From the NCBI GenBank assembly GCA_963842525.1, contig CAWJGT010000004.1:64001-128000 (forward strand): DNA of 64,000 nt, written 5' to 3'. The notes beneath the pieces were generated by a model. The model had not been told where the DNA came from and ran no database searches. It saw only the letters and a list, made by a program, of their open reading frames with translations. Made by a program: the position numbers and the translations under genes. The DNA is from an uncultured Holophagales bacterium. GTDB lineage: Bacteria; Acidobacteriota; Thermoanaerobaculia; Multivoradales; UBA5704. Positions 27,174 through 36,275 of this stretch are shown one piece after another. The stretch's first letter is position 1, and each line of letters opens with the position of its first letter.

Positions 27174-28364
27174 ATGAACCCGGACCTTCGACGCGCCTAC
27201 AACGCGAGCTTCACCCCGGAGCGCTACGATCGCCTCCAGAGCTGGCTGGAGGCCCAGGTCGACCACCCGGTCGACTTCCGCATCTCCGAGACGCCGCTGT
27301 TCCTCACCGAGGAGCTGACCCGCGAGCTGGCGCAGGCCGCGCAGGAGATCGCGGAGACGGTGACCTCGCCGTCCTACCTGGCGCAGGCGGACCGGTCGAT
27401 CCCTCCCGGGCTCGCCGTCCCGAACGAGAACGCCCATACCACCTTCCTTCAGGTCGACTTCGCCATCGCCCACGGTGACGACGGCCGGCTCATCCCCCAG
27501 CTCATCGAGCTTCAGGGCTTCCCGTCGCTCTACGGTTTCCAGTGGCTCCTCGACCAGGGCTTCCGCGAGGCTTTCGACATCCCGGCGGGGCTCACCTGCT
27601 ACTTCGACGGCCTGGACGAGCTCTCCTATATCGAGACCTTGCGCGACATCGTCGTGGGGGACGCCGATCCGGAGACCGTGGTCCTGCTGGAGATCGAGCC
27701 CGAGAAGCAGAAGACGCGGGCGGACTTCTGCGTCACCGAAAGCCTCCTCGGCGTGCCGGCCCTGGACCTCTCCGAAGTGGTCGAACGCAACGGCCGCCTG
27801 TTCTACGAGAGGGACGGCCGTGAGGTCCCCATCCGCCGCATCTACAACCGGGTGATCTTCGACGAGCTGGCGCGCAAGGGCCTGCCGGTCGACCTCTTCC
27901 AGCGCGACCTGGACGTCGAATGGGTGGGGCACCCGAACTGGTATTTCAAGATCAGCAAGTTCTCCCTGCCGTTCCTGAAGAGCCGCTACGCTCCACCCGC
28001 CTGGTTTCTGAGCGACCTGAACGAGCTTCCCGCGGACCTGGAGAGCTACGTCCTCAAGCCCCTCTACTCCTTCGCCGGCCTGGGCGTCGAGCTGGGCCCG
28101 AGCGCGGAGCGTCTGCGTGGCATCGCCGACCCCGAGAACTACGTCCTCCAGCGCCGGATCGAATACGCCCCCTGCGTTGAAACGCCCGACGTCCCCGCCA
28201 AGGCCGAGGTCCGGATGATGTTCGTCTGGAAGGACCGCCTGCGGCTGATCAACAACCTCGTCCGCATGAGCAAGGGCAAGATGATGGGCGTCGACTTCAA
28301 CAAGGAACGCACCTGGGTCGGGGCCAGCCTGGCCTACCACCCGGGAGCAGAGGGGCCGGGGTGA
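27174..28364 (+). CDS. Conserved hypothetical protein, probably a circularly permuted ATP-grasp-like ligase
   Basis: QVDFAI, PQLIELQGFPSLY, IRRIYNRVIFDE, GHPNW..KISK..LP, YVLKPLYSFAG.GV, YVLQRRIEY, EVRMM resemble CP ATP-grasp/glutathione-synthase-like motifs. Confidence 0.7.
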   Translation: MNPDLRRAYNASFTPERYDRLQSWLEAQVDHPVDFRISETPLFLTEELTRELAQAAQEIAETVTSPSYLAQADRSIPPGLAVPNENAHTTFLQVDFAIAHGDDGRLIPQLIELQGFPSLYGFQWLLDQGFREAFDIPAGLTCYFDGLDELSYIETLRDIVVGDADPETVVLLEIEPEKQKTRADFCVTESLLGVPALDLSEVVERNGRLFYERDGREVPIRRIYNRVIFDELARKGLPVDLFQRDLDVEWVGHPNWYFKISKFSLPFLKSRYAPPAWFLSDLNELPADLESYVLKPLYSFAGLGVELGPSAERLRGIADPENYVLQRRIEYAPCVETPDVPAKAEVRMMFVWKDRLRLINNLVRMSKGKMMGVDFNKERTWVGASLAYHPGAEGPG

Positions 28365-28549
28365 GGGAGGCTGCTCAACGGCGTGGCCTTGCCGTGACAG
28401 GACTGCTCGGGCTTCTCTCCTATGCCGCAAGCGAGGGCCTACTTGACCTGACGGATGCCGTAGAGAGGCTCCGCAAGACGAATTTCCGCGTCGAGCGGAA
28501 GTTGCTCAAACTTCTTTCGGAAGGGATCAAGGATCCACCCTGGCGTTGA
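28361..28549 (+). pseudogene. C-terminal fragment of a DUF3368-type PIN protein
   Basis: REAAQRRGLAVTGLLGLL..A..EGL.....ERLRKTNFRV; parallels the C-terminus of 43012-43512. Confidence 0.6.
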
Positions 28550-28672
28550 CACCCCGGCTGTAGAAAGAGCGGTGCTGGAACTCGCCTGAATTTCTGCCAC
28601 AGGCTATGGCAGAAACAGACAAGCCGCCCCTGAGCGGTCCATTTCTCGCACGGGCTGTGCGAGAAAATCAGG

Positions 28673-29611
28673 TCACTGGTTCTCCCGCCCCCGCTGCCAC
28701 TCTTCGAACATCTCGTGGGCGTTGCGAATGAAGCCGCGAAAGCGGGGTCTCCAGCCGAGGACTTTCTCGGACCGGGGGGAGAGCACGACCTGGTCCATGA
28801 CGACCGCGTCGGCCACTGGGCCCATCTTTTCCCTGGCCTTCTCGAGCGGCAGGCTGCGGATGGTGCCCTTGGCCCCGGCGGCGAGGCTGACCGCGTGGAC
28901 GATTTCGCCGACCCGCTCGGCGCAGCCGTCGGTGGCGTGGAAGATGCGCTCTTCGGGCGGTGCGCCGGTGAGGACTGGCCGCCCGAGGTCGATGAGGCGG
29001 CGGTAGAGGTCGGCCAGGTCGTCGACGTGGACGCAGGACCAGTGGTTTGCACCGTCTCCCACGAGGGTCGGCGCGCCATGCTCGACCGCCGCGGCGAAGA
29101 AGTCTCCGAAGAAGCTGCCTGCGCCGCCGTAGACCATGCCGGGACGGACCACCGCGGTCCGCAGGTGCTCGTCCTCGGCTTCGAGGGCGATGCGCTCGTG
29201 GCTGGGCCGCCAGGCCACCGCGGCGGGGGCGTTTTCGGTGGAGGCAGTCTCGTCGACGGTGTGGCCGCCGGTGGGGCCGAGGACCCAGAGGCCCGAGGTA
29301 TAGATGAGGACGCGCGGCCCCTGGTCTCGCGCCGCGCCGATCAGGCCGTCCAGTGCTTGCCGGTCACGAGCCTGGTGCTTGGGGCCGTACTCGGCCGCGG
29401 TGTGGATGAGTCCTTCGCAGGAGACCGCCGCCTCGTGATAGCTCTCGGGAGTCTTGAGGTCCCCGATCACCCACTCGGCCCCCTCGATCCGCAGCCGGTC
29501 CGCCTTCTCCTGTGAACGGGCCAGCCCGACCGGATGATGCCCCGCCCGGTGCAGCGCCCGCATCAGGGCCGATCCGATGTATCCCGTGGCTCCGGTGACG
29601 AAGACTCTCAT
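28673..29611 (-). CDS. NAD-dependent epimerase/dehydratase (atypical SDR)
   Basis: MRVFVTGATGYIG, IYTSG, VRPGMVYG, CVHVDDLADLY. Confidence 0.92.
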   Translation of the reverse strand: MRVFVTGATGYIGSALMRALHRAGHHPVGLARSQEKADRLRIEGAEWVIGDLKTPESYHEAAVSCEGLIHTAAEYGPKHQARDRQALDGLIGAARDQGPRVLIYTSGLWVLGPTGGHTVDETASTENAPAAVAWRPSHERIALEAEDEHLRTAVVRPGMVYGGAGSFFGDFFAAAVEHGAPTLVGDGANHWSCVHVDDLADLYRRLIDLGRPVLTGAPPEERIFHATDGCAERVGEIVHAVSLAAGAKGTIRSLPLEKAREKMGPVADAVVMDQVVLSPRSEKVLGWRPRFRGFIRNAHEMFEEWQRGRENQ

Positions 29612-29648
29612 CGTGTTACCCCCTTGCCCCTTCCTGTCGGGCACCACA

Positions 29649-30413
29649 TTATGGCGAAACACGAGACAGACGCTCGCCGAGCCGGCGGATCTGCTTCTCG
29701 CCGAGCCTCATGCCTGCGAACCAGACCCTGGGATACCCGTCGAGACGTGGTCGAAGAGTCTGAAGCTGTCGCCGCGTCGGCACCGTCGAGCCGTGGAGAT
29801 GGACGCTTTGCGGTGCCTCCACGATCTCGCCCTGGAGCGCGCCTGCGAGCTCACGGAGCCGCTTCTCCTCGATGCCATAGCGCGTGTAGTCCCGAGAGCC
29901 CCAGAAGCTCGCCGGGTCCGCGAAGCGCGAACGCATCGGCTTTGCCCGGATACCGCACAACCCGGCCAGCCACAGCTTCCAGTGCAATCTGGCGCGATAC
30001 AGGTGCAACGCCTTGCCGGATTGGAGGAAGAAACGCATGTTGGCAACCTCGTCGAGGGTCGGTAGAGAGTCAAGATCCCGCGGGAAGACGTAGTCGGTGG
30101 CCCCCGACCAGATCGGCTCGAAACGCCAGAGCACCCCGTTCCGCCCCATGGACGGCGGTCGATCGATGAGACGGAGAGCCTGCAATTCTGCCAGCCGCTC
30201 GATGGGCTTCAGCAGCGGCAGAGGCACGGACTCGCGATGGATATAGACAACGACCTCGGCGTCCGGCATTAGCAATGTCCATGCTTTCGAGACCATCTCG
30301 ACGCCGCGGGCGTAGGCGGCGACGCCGCGATTTCTCCAGTCGGTCGCGCCTCCGAAGAGCGAATAGGAAATCGTGATCCTGCCGGGCCGGCCCTCTGCCT
30401 GTGGCTCGCTCAT
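29649..30413 (-). CDS. Hypothetical glycosyltransferase-like protein
   Basis: ISYSLFG...Y..G, GVLWRF.P, YVFPRDLDS (DxD), LAGLCG. Confidence 0.65.
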   Translation of the reverse strand: MSEPQAEGRPGRITISYSLFGGATDWRNRGVAAYARGVEMVSKAWTLLMPDAEVVVYIHRESVPLPLLKPIERLAELQALRLIDRPPSMGRNGVLWRFEPIWSGATDYVFPRDLDSLPTLDEVANMRFFLQSGKALHLYRARLHWKLWLAGLCGIRAKPMRSRFADPASFWGSRDYTRYGIEEKRLRELAGALQGEIVEAPQSVHLHGSTVPTRRQLQTLRPRLDGYPRVWFAGMRLGEKQIRRLGERLSRVSP

Positions 30414-30461
30414 GTTCGTGAGGCCTCATCGTATAGGCTGCAAACACGGGAGCCGGGAAGC

Positions 30462-31211
30462 ATGCGGTCCAAAGCATATGACGCCATCTATCTTGCTCCC
30501 CATCTGGATGATGCGGTCCTCTCCTGCGGCGGTCAGATCGTGCGCCGGATCGGTAGTGGGGAGCGCGTCCTCGTGGTCACCTGCTTCGCCGGTCGCGAGC
30601 CTCCAGGGCGCTTGTCACCGTTTGCGCGTCGGCTCCACTGGGTCTGCGGTCTGCACGTCGACGCCATCGCCCGGCGCAGATCGGAAGACTGCCGGGCGTG
30701 TCACAGGCTCGGCGCGGCGGTTCTTCACCTGGAGGAGCTCGAAGCGATCTACCGGCGCGACCCGAGAAGCGGATCGCCGCTCTATGCCAGCCAGCGCGCG
30801 CTTTTCGATGCGTGCCACGCCGCGGATGGAGAGCTTCTGGACCGTCTCGCCGGCCGATTGGCCGAGCTGTCCTCCGGCGAGCAGGTGGTCGTGCCGCTGG
30901 CGGTCGGCGGCCACGTCGACCACCAATTGGTGCGAGCTGCGGCGGAACGCGCGATCGATCGGCTGACGTATTATGAAGACTATCCTTACGTGGAACGAAG
31001 CGGTGCGCTCCACAAGGCGCTCGGGGATCCGGCACGGTGGCGTTCTTGCACCGTGGCTCTGGAGGAGTCGCACATCGAGGAAAAACTGGCCGCGATCGCG
31101 AGCTACCACTCGCAGATACAGCTTCTGTTTCTGACCTCGGGCCGTATGACGAGGCGAGTGCGTCGCTACGTTCGGAGCGTCGGCGGTGAGCGCCTGTGGT
31201 GCAGGGTCTGA
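30462..31211 (+). CDS. PIG-L/LmbE-family deacetylase
   Basis: APHLDDAVLSCGG, RRSED, GGHVDH, YEDYPY, AIASYHSQ. Confidence 0.92.
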   Translation: MRSKAYDAIYLAPHLDDAVLSCGGQIVRRIGSGERVLVVTCFAGREPPGRLSPFARRLHWVCGLHVDAIARRRSEDCRACHRLGAAVLHLEELEAIYRRDPRSGSPLYASQRALFDACHAADGELLDRLAGRLAELSSGEQVVVPLAVGGHVDHQLVRAAAERAIDRLTYYEDYPYVERSGALHKALGDPARWRSCTVALEESHIEEKLAAIASYHSQIQLLFLTSGRMTRRVRRYVRSVGGERLWCRV

Positions 31212-31223
31212 TCGTCGCGGCCG

Positions 31224-32528
31224 CTACCGATACAGGAACCGCAGCGCCTTGGGCAGCCTCCGCCGCCAACTCGCCTCGTTGTGGCCGCCCCGGGCGTCGG
31301 GGCGCCACAGGAGGCGGTCGTCGTCCCAGCCGCGGTTGGTGAGGTGGGCGGCCATGGCGGCGACCATGGGGAGGAGCCTCCCCCTGTCCTCGCGGGCGCC
31401 GGCATCCAGGTAGATGCGCGAGACCGGCGGATCGGGCTGCGCCGCAATGTCCTCGAAGATGGCCTGATCCTGGAGCCAGAAGGAGGGGGACATCACGAGG
31501 GCGCCGCCGAAGGCCTGCGGATGGTGGAAATGCGACCAGAGCGCGGCGAGACCCCCCATCGACGAGCCCCCCACCACCGCCCCCAAAGGTGCGGGCTGGA
31601 GGTGGAGCTCCGCGGTGAGGGCCGGCATCAGGGTGCCGGTGACCCAGGCGAGCAAGTCGCCGATCCGGCCGGGCTTGCCGTCGTGCTCGAACGGGTTGAG
31701 CTCGTCGATCCGGCTCTTGCCGCCATGGTCGATGCCAATCACGACGGGGACCGGCCGGCGGACCCGGGCGAGCCCCTCCACCGCCGTATGGAGGTGCCAG
31801 CCGCCTGCGAAGGACTCCTCGTCGCCGAAGACGTTCTGTCCGTTGAACATCCAGAGCCCGAACCAGTGCCGCTCGGGCGTATAGGAGCGCGGCAGGTAGA
31901 CCCGGACGCGATGCGGCTGGAAGCCGGGCACTGTGAAGGGGCCGAGGACGTTCACCTCGCCGGCCCGCATCCGGGCCAGCGATCCGGGGATCCCCTTCTC
32001 CACGGGGACCGGGCTCGGGGACGACAGGGCTTCCTCCGGCCAGTCCTTCTTGTTGCGGAGCTCTTCGATCCGGTAGAGGTGCAGCCCATCGTGGAGCGCC
32101 ATCTGGCGGCTCATGGCCAGCACGGAGTAGCCAGGGACCTCCGGATGATCCGCTGTGCAGTGCCAGTCTGCGTCGGAGAGAGAGAGCAGGAGGGCGATCA
32201 GCTCGGACCGGTCGTGGGCGAAACGCTCCAGAGCCTCCCCGAGGTCGACTTCGAGATAGGCCCCGGCCTCCTCCGCCGGCGAGGGAGATGCCGGCTCGAT
32301 TCGCGGGTGCTCCTCGGCGAGCATCCGCTCCAGCCGCGAGAAGACGAGAGGGTGTTCCACGGACAGATGGACGGCATGCTCGTGCGCCGACCACCTGGCC
32401 GGGGACGGCCGCCGCTTGCGCAACGGCTCGGGGATCTCCTGCATCAGCGAACCGAGGAGCGCCGGAGCGCTCCCCAGGGTCGCCAGGACGGCTTGGATGT
32501 CGTTCACGTTCGCTCGTCTCCCAGACAC
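31224..32528 (-). CDS. DinB_2 domain fused to an alpha/beta-hydrolase (putative esterase); start may be 32507
   Basis: WSAHEHAVHL and HDGLHLYRIEE (DinB); VRVYLPRSY, GQNVF, GSSMGG, GGHNEASWRRR (esterase). Confidence 0.85.
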   Translation of the reverse strand: MSGRRANVNDIQAVLATLGSAPALLGSLMQEIPEPLRKRRPSPARWSAHEHAVHLSVEHPLVFSRLERMLAEEHPRIEPASPSPAEEAGAYLEVDLGEALERFAHDRSELIALLLSLSDADWHCTADHPEVPGYSVLAMSRQMALHDGLHLYRIEELRNKKDWPEEALSSPSPVPVEKGIPGSLARMRAGEVNVLGPFTVPGFQPHRVRVYLPRSYTPERHWFGLWMFNGQNVFGDEESFAGGWHLHTAVEGLARVRRPVPVVIGIDHGGKSRIDELNPFEHDGKPGRIGDLLAWVTGTLMPALTAELHLQPAPLGAVVGGSSMGGLAALWSHFHHPQAFGGALVMSPSFWLQDQAIFEDIAAQPDPPVSRIYLDAGAREDRGRLLPMVAAMAAHLTNRGWDDDRLLWRPDARGGHNEASWRRRLPKALRFLYR

Positions 32529-32738
32529 GTCGCGGTAGAGTAGGGCTGCAGCGCCGCCCTCAGAAACCGGGAGTCTTGCATGAGGTTGCCTTGTTGAGCC
32601 ATCTCTTCTTCATCGCCTCGTCGCGGGGCACGCGTGCTATTCTCGGATGAAGGCGTCGGTCGAGCTGATCAGGATCTTAGCCGGCTATGTGTCGAAAAAG
32701 GCGCCGAACGACGCGAGGCAACATCCAGGGGAAGACAG

Positions 32739-32975
32739 ATGGAGACGAAAACGATCGAGCTCTCCGAAGCTCAAAGCCAACTGGCAGACTTGGTGACGCA
32801 GGCTGCCGCTGGCACGGAAATCGTCTTGACGGAAGGCAACACTCCACTGGCCCGATTGGTTGCGGTGACAGGGCTTGGCGGGCGGCGAGTGCCGGGCCTG
32901 CACCCCGGCAGCATGGAAGCCTCCGACGACTTCGATGCGCCGCTGCCGGATGAGCTCTGGATCGGGACCACGTGA
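32739..32975 (+). CDS. Phd/YefM-type antitoxin (DUF2281-like tail)
   Basis: EAQSQLADLV..A.AG.EIVLT..N.PLARLV; PG...G....SDDFDAPLPDE. Confidence 0.88.
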   Translation: METKTIELSEAQSQLADLVTQAAAGTEIVLTEGNTPLARLVAVTGLGGRRVPGLHPGSMEASDDFDAPLPDELWIGTT

Positions 32976-33129
32976 AGCTCCTCCTCGACACTCGGCGCTG
33001 GAGGAGCTTCCCCGCCACCATCGGGACCCCTTCGACCGCATGCTCGTGGCACAGGCTGTTGTGGAAGGAGCAACGCTCCTCAGCGTGGACTCCTTCCTGA
33101 GGTCCTATCCCGTCGAAGTTCGGTGGTGA
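32972..33129 (+). pseudogene. vapC: VapC PIN toxin with large internal deletion
   Basis: GTG start overlaps the antitoxin stop; MKLLLDT is joined out of frame directly to LEELPRHHRDPFDRMLVAQA..EGATLLSVD..YPVEVRW*. Confidence 0.8.
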
Positions 33130-33142
33130 CGAAGGATTTTCC

Positions 33143-34840
33143 TTGCTGCTTCGGTCCCGATGGCTGGGTTACGGCGTGCTTGCCCTGGCGCTGGCCGGGA
33201 TGCATATCGCGCTCATGCCTTACGCGTTCGACGACGCGTACATCCACCTGCGCATCGCCCGCCATCTGGTTGAGGACGGAGTGCCGTATTTCCACCTCGG
33301 CGAGCCGCTGCGCGCCAGCTCCTCGTCCGGCTGGACCCTCGTCCTGGCCGGGCTGATTGCCCTCTTCGGCCCTTCCCTGACCGCGGTCGCGGCCTTCGAG
33401 GCGCTGGCGACCACGACGGCCGCGGCGATCTATGCGCGGCTCGCCCGCGGTGCCGTGGGACCGGACGCCCGGGGCGTCGAGCCGGCGGTGGCGGCGGTTA
33501 CAGTCACTGTGCTCCTGGCGCCGAGCCTCGGGCTCATGGAGACGTCCACGACGCTGGCGCTCGTCGGGGGCGGGTTTCTGCTGCTCCAGAGGGGGCGCGC
33601 TTCCGGGTTCGCCCTGCTCGCTGCTGCTAGCTTTTTCCGCATCGAGGCGGTCGTGTTCCTGCTCGCAGCTTTGGCCCTGAACCTGGTGCGGCGCGAGGTC
33701 CCCTGGGGACGTTCCCTCGGCGCGGCGCTCCTCGGCGGCGCTCCGCTGCTGGCCTACGACCTCTGGTTCTTCGGCACCCTCCTGCCGCACGCGGCCCGGG
33801 CGAAGCGCCTGGCCTATGACCTGCCGTTCACCGAATCGATCGCCACGGCGGGGCCGACCCTGCACACCGGCCATGCCATGGAGAAGGCTGCCTACCTGTC
33901 GATGCTGCTGGCCGCGCTGGCGATCCTCGCCCTGTCGGCACGGCTGAGCGAGCGGCTGCGTCCGGGACCGCCGCGGGACCCCGGGCTGTGGGCCCTCACC
34001 TTCATCGGCGCGGGAGTGGCGATCCTGGGGACCTATCTCGTCGCGCGCACCTTCGTCTTTACGTGGTACATGCCGCTCTACCTGCTGCCGGGCGCCCTCG
34101 GCGCGCTCTGGCTCGGCTGGCAGCGGCGCGGGCTCGCCACGGGGCTGATGACGGCGATCCTGCTCTTCCCGTTCGCGCGGGACGCCGTGGGGCAGGCTGC
34201 CGGAGCCGTGGCCGATCCCGAAAAGTCGCCGCTCTTCCTGGAGCAGGCGCGCGTCGGTCAATATCTCGACATCGGAGCCACTCTCGACCGGGTCTGCCCC
34301 GGGTGTGACCTGCTGACCAGCGAGATCGGGGGGCTGGGCTGGTCCTTCCACGGCCGCATTCGCGACGGTTTAGGCCTTGCCAGCCCGGAGGCGCTGCGCT
34401 GGCATCCGATGAAGATCCCCGAGGAGCGCGGGGCTCCGGTGGTCGGCGCGGTCCCGGTGGGCTTCGTCCGCGAGGCCCATCCGGGGCTCATCGTCAGCGC
34501 CGACATCTTCGCCGTGGCGTTGCTGCGGTCGGACGCGCTGGCCGGCTACGAGCAGTGGGCCTGTCCGATCTACAACGAGCGGGACCGGCGGCTCACCGAC
34601 CTCCCCGGCCCCTGGGGGGCGGTCGTGCTGCACGTCTTCGCGCGTCGCGACGTGGCCGCCGCCCACTCCGATCTCGGGAAGCTCCTGGTCCATCACCACC
34701 GCTGCCGGCGGCTGGTGGGCGAGCCCGACCAGCTCCAGATGCCTGTCCGGACCTGGATCCAGGACAGCCCGGCGCGGCGGATTCAGAGCAATCCGGCCTT
34801 GCGGGCGCGGCGGAGGACCTCGCCGCCCAAAAGCCCATAG
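33143..34840 (+). CDS. Multi-pass membrane protein, GT-C glycosyltransferase-like
   Basis: DDAYIHLRIARHL..G, SS.GW, GLMET, RIEA, FG.LLP....K, EIGGLG. Confidence 0.7.
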   Translation: MLLRSRWLGYGVLALALAGMHIALMPYAFDDAYIHLRIARHLVEDGVPYFHLGEPLRASSSSGWTLVLAGLIALFGPSLTAVAAFEALATTTAAAIYARLARGAVGPDARGVEPAVAAVTVTVLLAPSLGLMETSTTLALVGGGFLLLQRGRASGFALLAAASFFRIEAVVFLLAALALNLVRREVPWGRSLGAALLGGAPLLAYDLWFFGTLLPHAARAKRLAYDLPFTESIATAGPTLHTGHAMEKAAYLSMLLAALAILALSARLSERLRPGPPRDPGLWALTFIGAGVAILGTYLVARTFVFTWYMPLYLLPGALGALWLGWQRRGLATGLMTAILLFPFARDAVGQAAGAVADPEKSPLFLEQARVGQYLDIGATLDRVCPGCDLLTSEIGGLGWSFHGRIRDGLGLASPEALRWHPMKIPEERGAPVVGAVPVGFVREAHPGLIVSADIFAVALLRSDALAGYEQWACPIYNERDRRLTDLPGPWGAVVLHVFARRDVAAAHSDLGKLLVHHHRCRRLVGEPDQLQMPVRTWIQDSPARRIQSNPALRARRRTSPPKSP

Positions 34841-35556
34841 GCGACGGCGCCCGAGGACCAGCTCTCGTAGTCGAAGATGGTCTGGCCGTGCCCCGGAGCC
34901 TCGGCGAGGCGGACGTTGATCGGGATCTCGGCGCGGAAGACCTTCGACCCATAGGACTTGCGGAGCGCCGCCACCATCTCGTCGGTCACCAGGGTGCGGT
35001 GGTCGACCATGGTCAGGAGGATGCCCAGCGGCTCGGGCAGCTTGCCGATGCGCTCGCGGACGATCTCCAGCGCTTCGAAGAAACGGCCGAGGGCGTCCAT
35101 GTCCAGGTGGTGGGGGGTGACCGGGACGAGGAAGGCGTCCGCGGCAGCCAGGCCGTTGAGGGTCAGGATCGACAGCCCGGGCGGGCAGTCCAGGACCACG
35201 ACGTCGTAGCGCCGGCGGACCGGGGTGAGGGCCTTCCTGAGGAGCTTCTCCGGCTCCTGCTTGCGCGACAGCGCCAGGTCGGCGCCGGCAAGCTGGAGCG
35301 AGGAGGGGAGGAGGTCGACCCCCTCGACCCCCGAGGCGCGGATCGCCTCGGCCGCGCCGGCCTTGCCGAGCAGCACCGCGGCCAGGGTCGGGGCTTCCTC
35401 GTCCCCGCCGGCTCCGAACGAATAGGTGGCCGACCCTTGCGGATCGAGGTCGACGAGCAGCACCTTGAGGCCGCTGCGCGCGAACGCCGCCGCCAGGTTG
35501 ACCGCCGTCGTCGTCTTGCCTACGCCTCCCTTGACATTGACCAGGGCCAGTCTCAT
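34783..35556 (-). CDS. ParA/Soj-family ATPase (orphan)
   Basis: KGGVGKTTTAVNLA, VDLDPQG, LDCPPGL, IPINVRLAEAP. Confidence 0.93.
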   Translation of the reverse strand: MRLALVNVKGGVGKTTTAVNLAAAFARSGLKVLLVDLDPQGSATYSFGAGGDEEAPTLAAVLLGKAGAAEAIRASGVEGVDLLPSSLQLAGADLALSRKQEPEKLLRKALTPVRRRYDVVVLDCPPGLSILTLNGLAAADAFLVPVTPHHLDMDALGRFFEALEIVRERIGKLPEPLGILLTMVDHRTLVTDEMVAALRKSYGSKVFRAEIPINVRLAEAPGHGQTIFDYESWSSGAVAYGLLGGEVLRRARKAGLL

Positions 35557-35723
35557 GGCACCTCCCGAGCCGGGAAAGAATCGTTTCGTGACAACACGAG
35601 GGCTGATTCTAGGTCACGCAGGGGAGGACCGGAAACCTTTCGCCCTTCACGGGCATTTATAAGAGGAGAAAAAGAAGGGAGGCCGCGCCATGGGCGGTGG
35701 GGCGGGAGCTGCCGCGGACGGCG

Positions 35724-35828
35724 TGAGCCCGGCGATGAATCGCCGGGCTAGAAACGGCGCCCCATGAATGGGGCTTGAAGCCGGGTTCACCCGGCGCTGC
35801 TTCTAGCCCGGGCATTCATGCCCGGGCG
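35724..35828. repeat. Cluster of REP-like hairpins
   Basis: AGCCCGGCGATGAATCGCCGGGCT, GCCCCATGAATGGGGC, GCCGGGTTCACCCGGC, GCCCGGGCATTCATGCCCGGGC. Confidence 0.75.
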
Positions 35829-35840
35829 ATGGGGCTGCCC

Positions 35841-36199
35841 CTATCGCCCCGTGATCTCATCCTTGGCGATCCGGCCCATTTTCATCACGAACCGCCCGTT
35901 CTCCAAGGCGGTGATGTCATCGAGCGGGTTGCCGGGGACGGCGATCTCAGCCCGGGCAGCACCGTGGCCTGGCCGAGGTCCACGACCCGCGCCTCGGCGG
36001 GGATCGCCACATCGGCGCCAACGGCCCGGATGCGCGTCCCTTCGACGAGCACGACGGCATTGGGGATGGCGCTGCCCTTCTCGACGTCGATCAGGTGCCC
36101 GCACTTGATCGCGGTGACCTGCGGCTCGGCGGCCCGGGCCGTTCCTGCAGACAGCAGCATAGCGAGGACAATCGGAGCCGTGGATTTCGCTCGAAGCAT
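35841..36199 (-). pseudogene. Secreted amidohydrolase with the catalytic barrel deleted
   Basis: Signal peptide plus ...GHLIDV..NAVVLVEGTRI...VDLGQATVLPGL joined out of frame to IAVPGNPLDDITALE...FVMKMG*; junction near 35947. Confidence 0.8.
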
Positions 36200-36275
36200 G
36201 GATCCTCCCTTGGGATGAACAGGCACAGGGAGGATAGACGGGAGAGGGGCCGGTGGGGAAGAAGCCGGAAGCACC

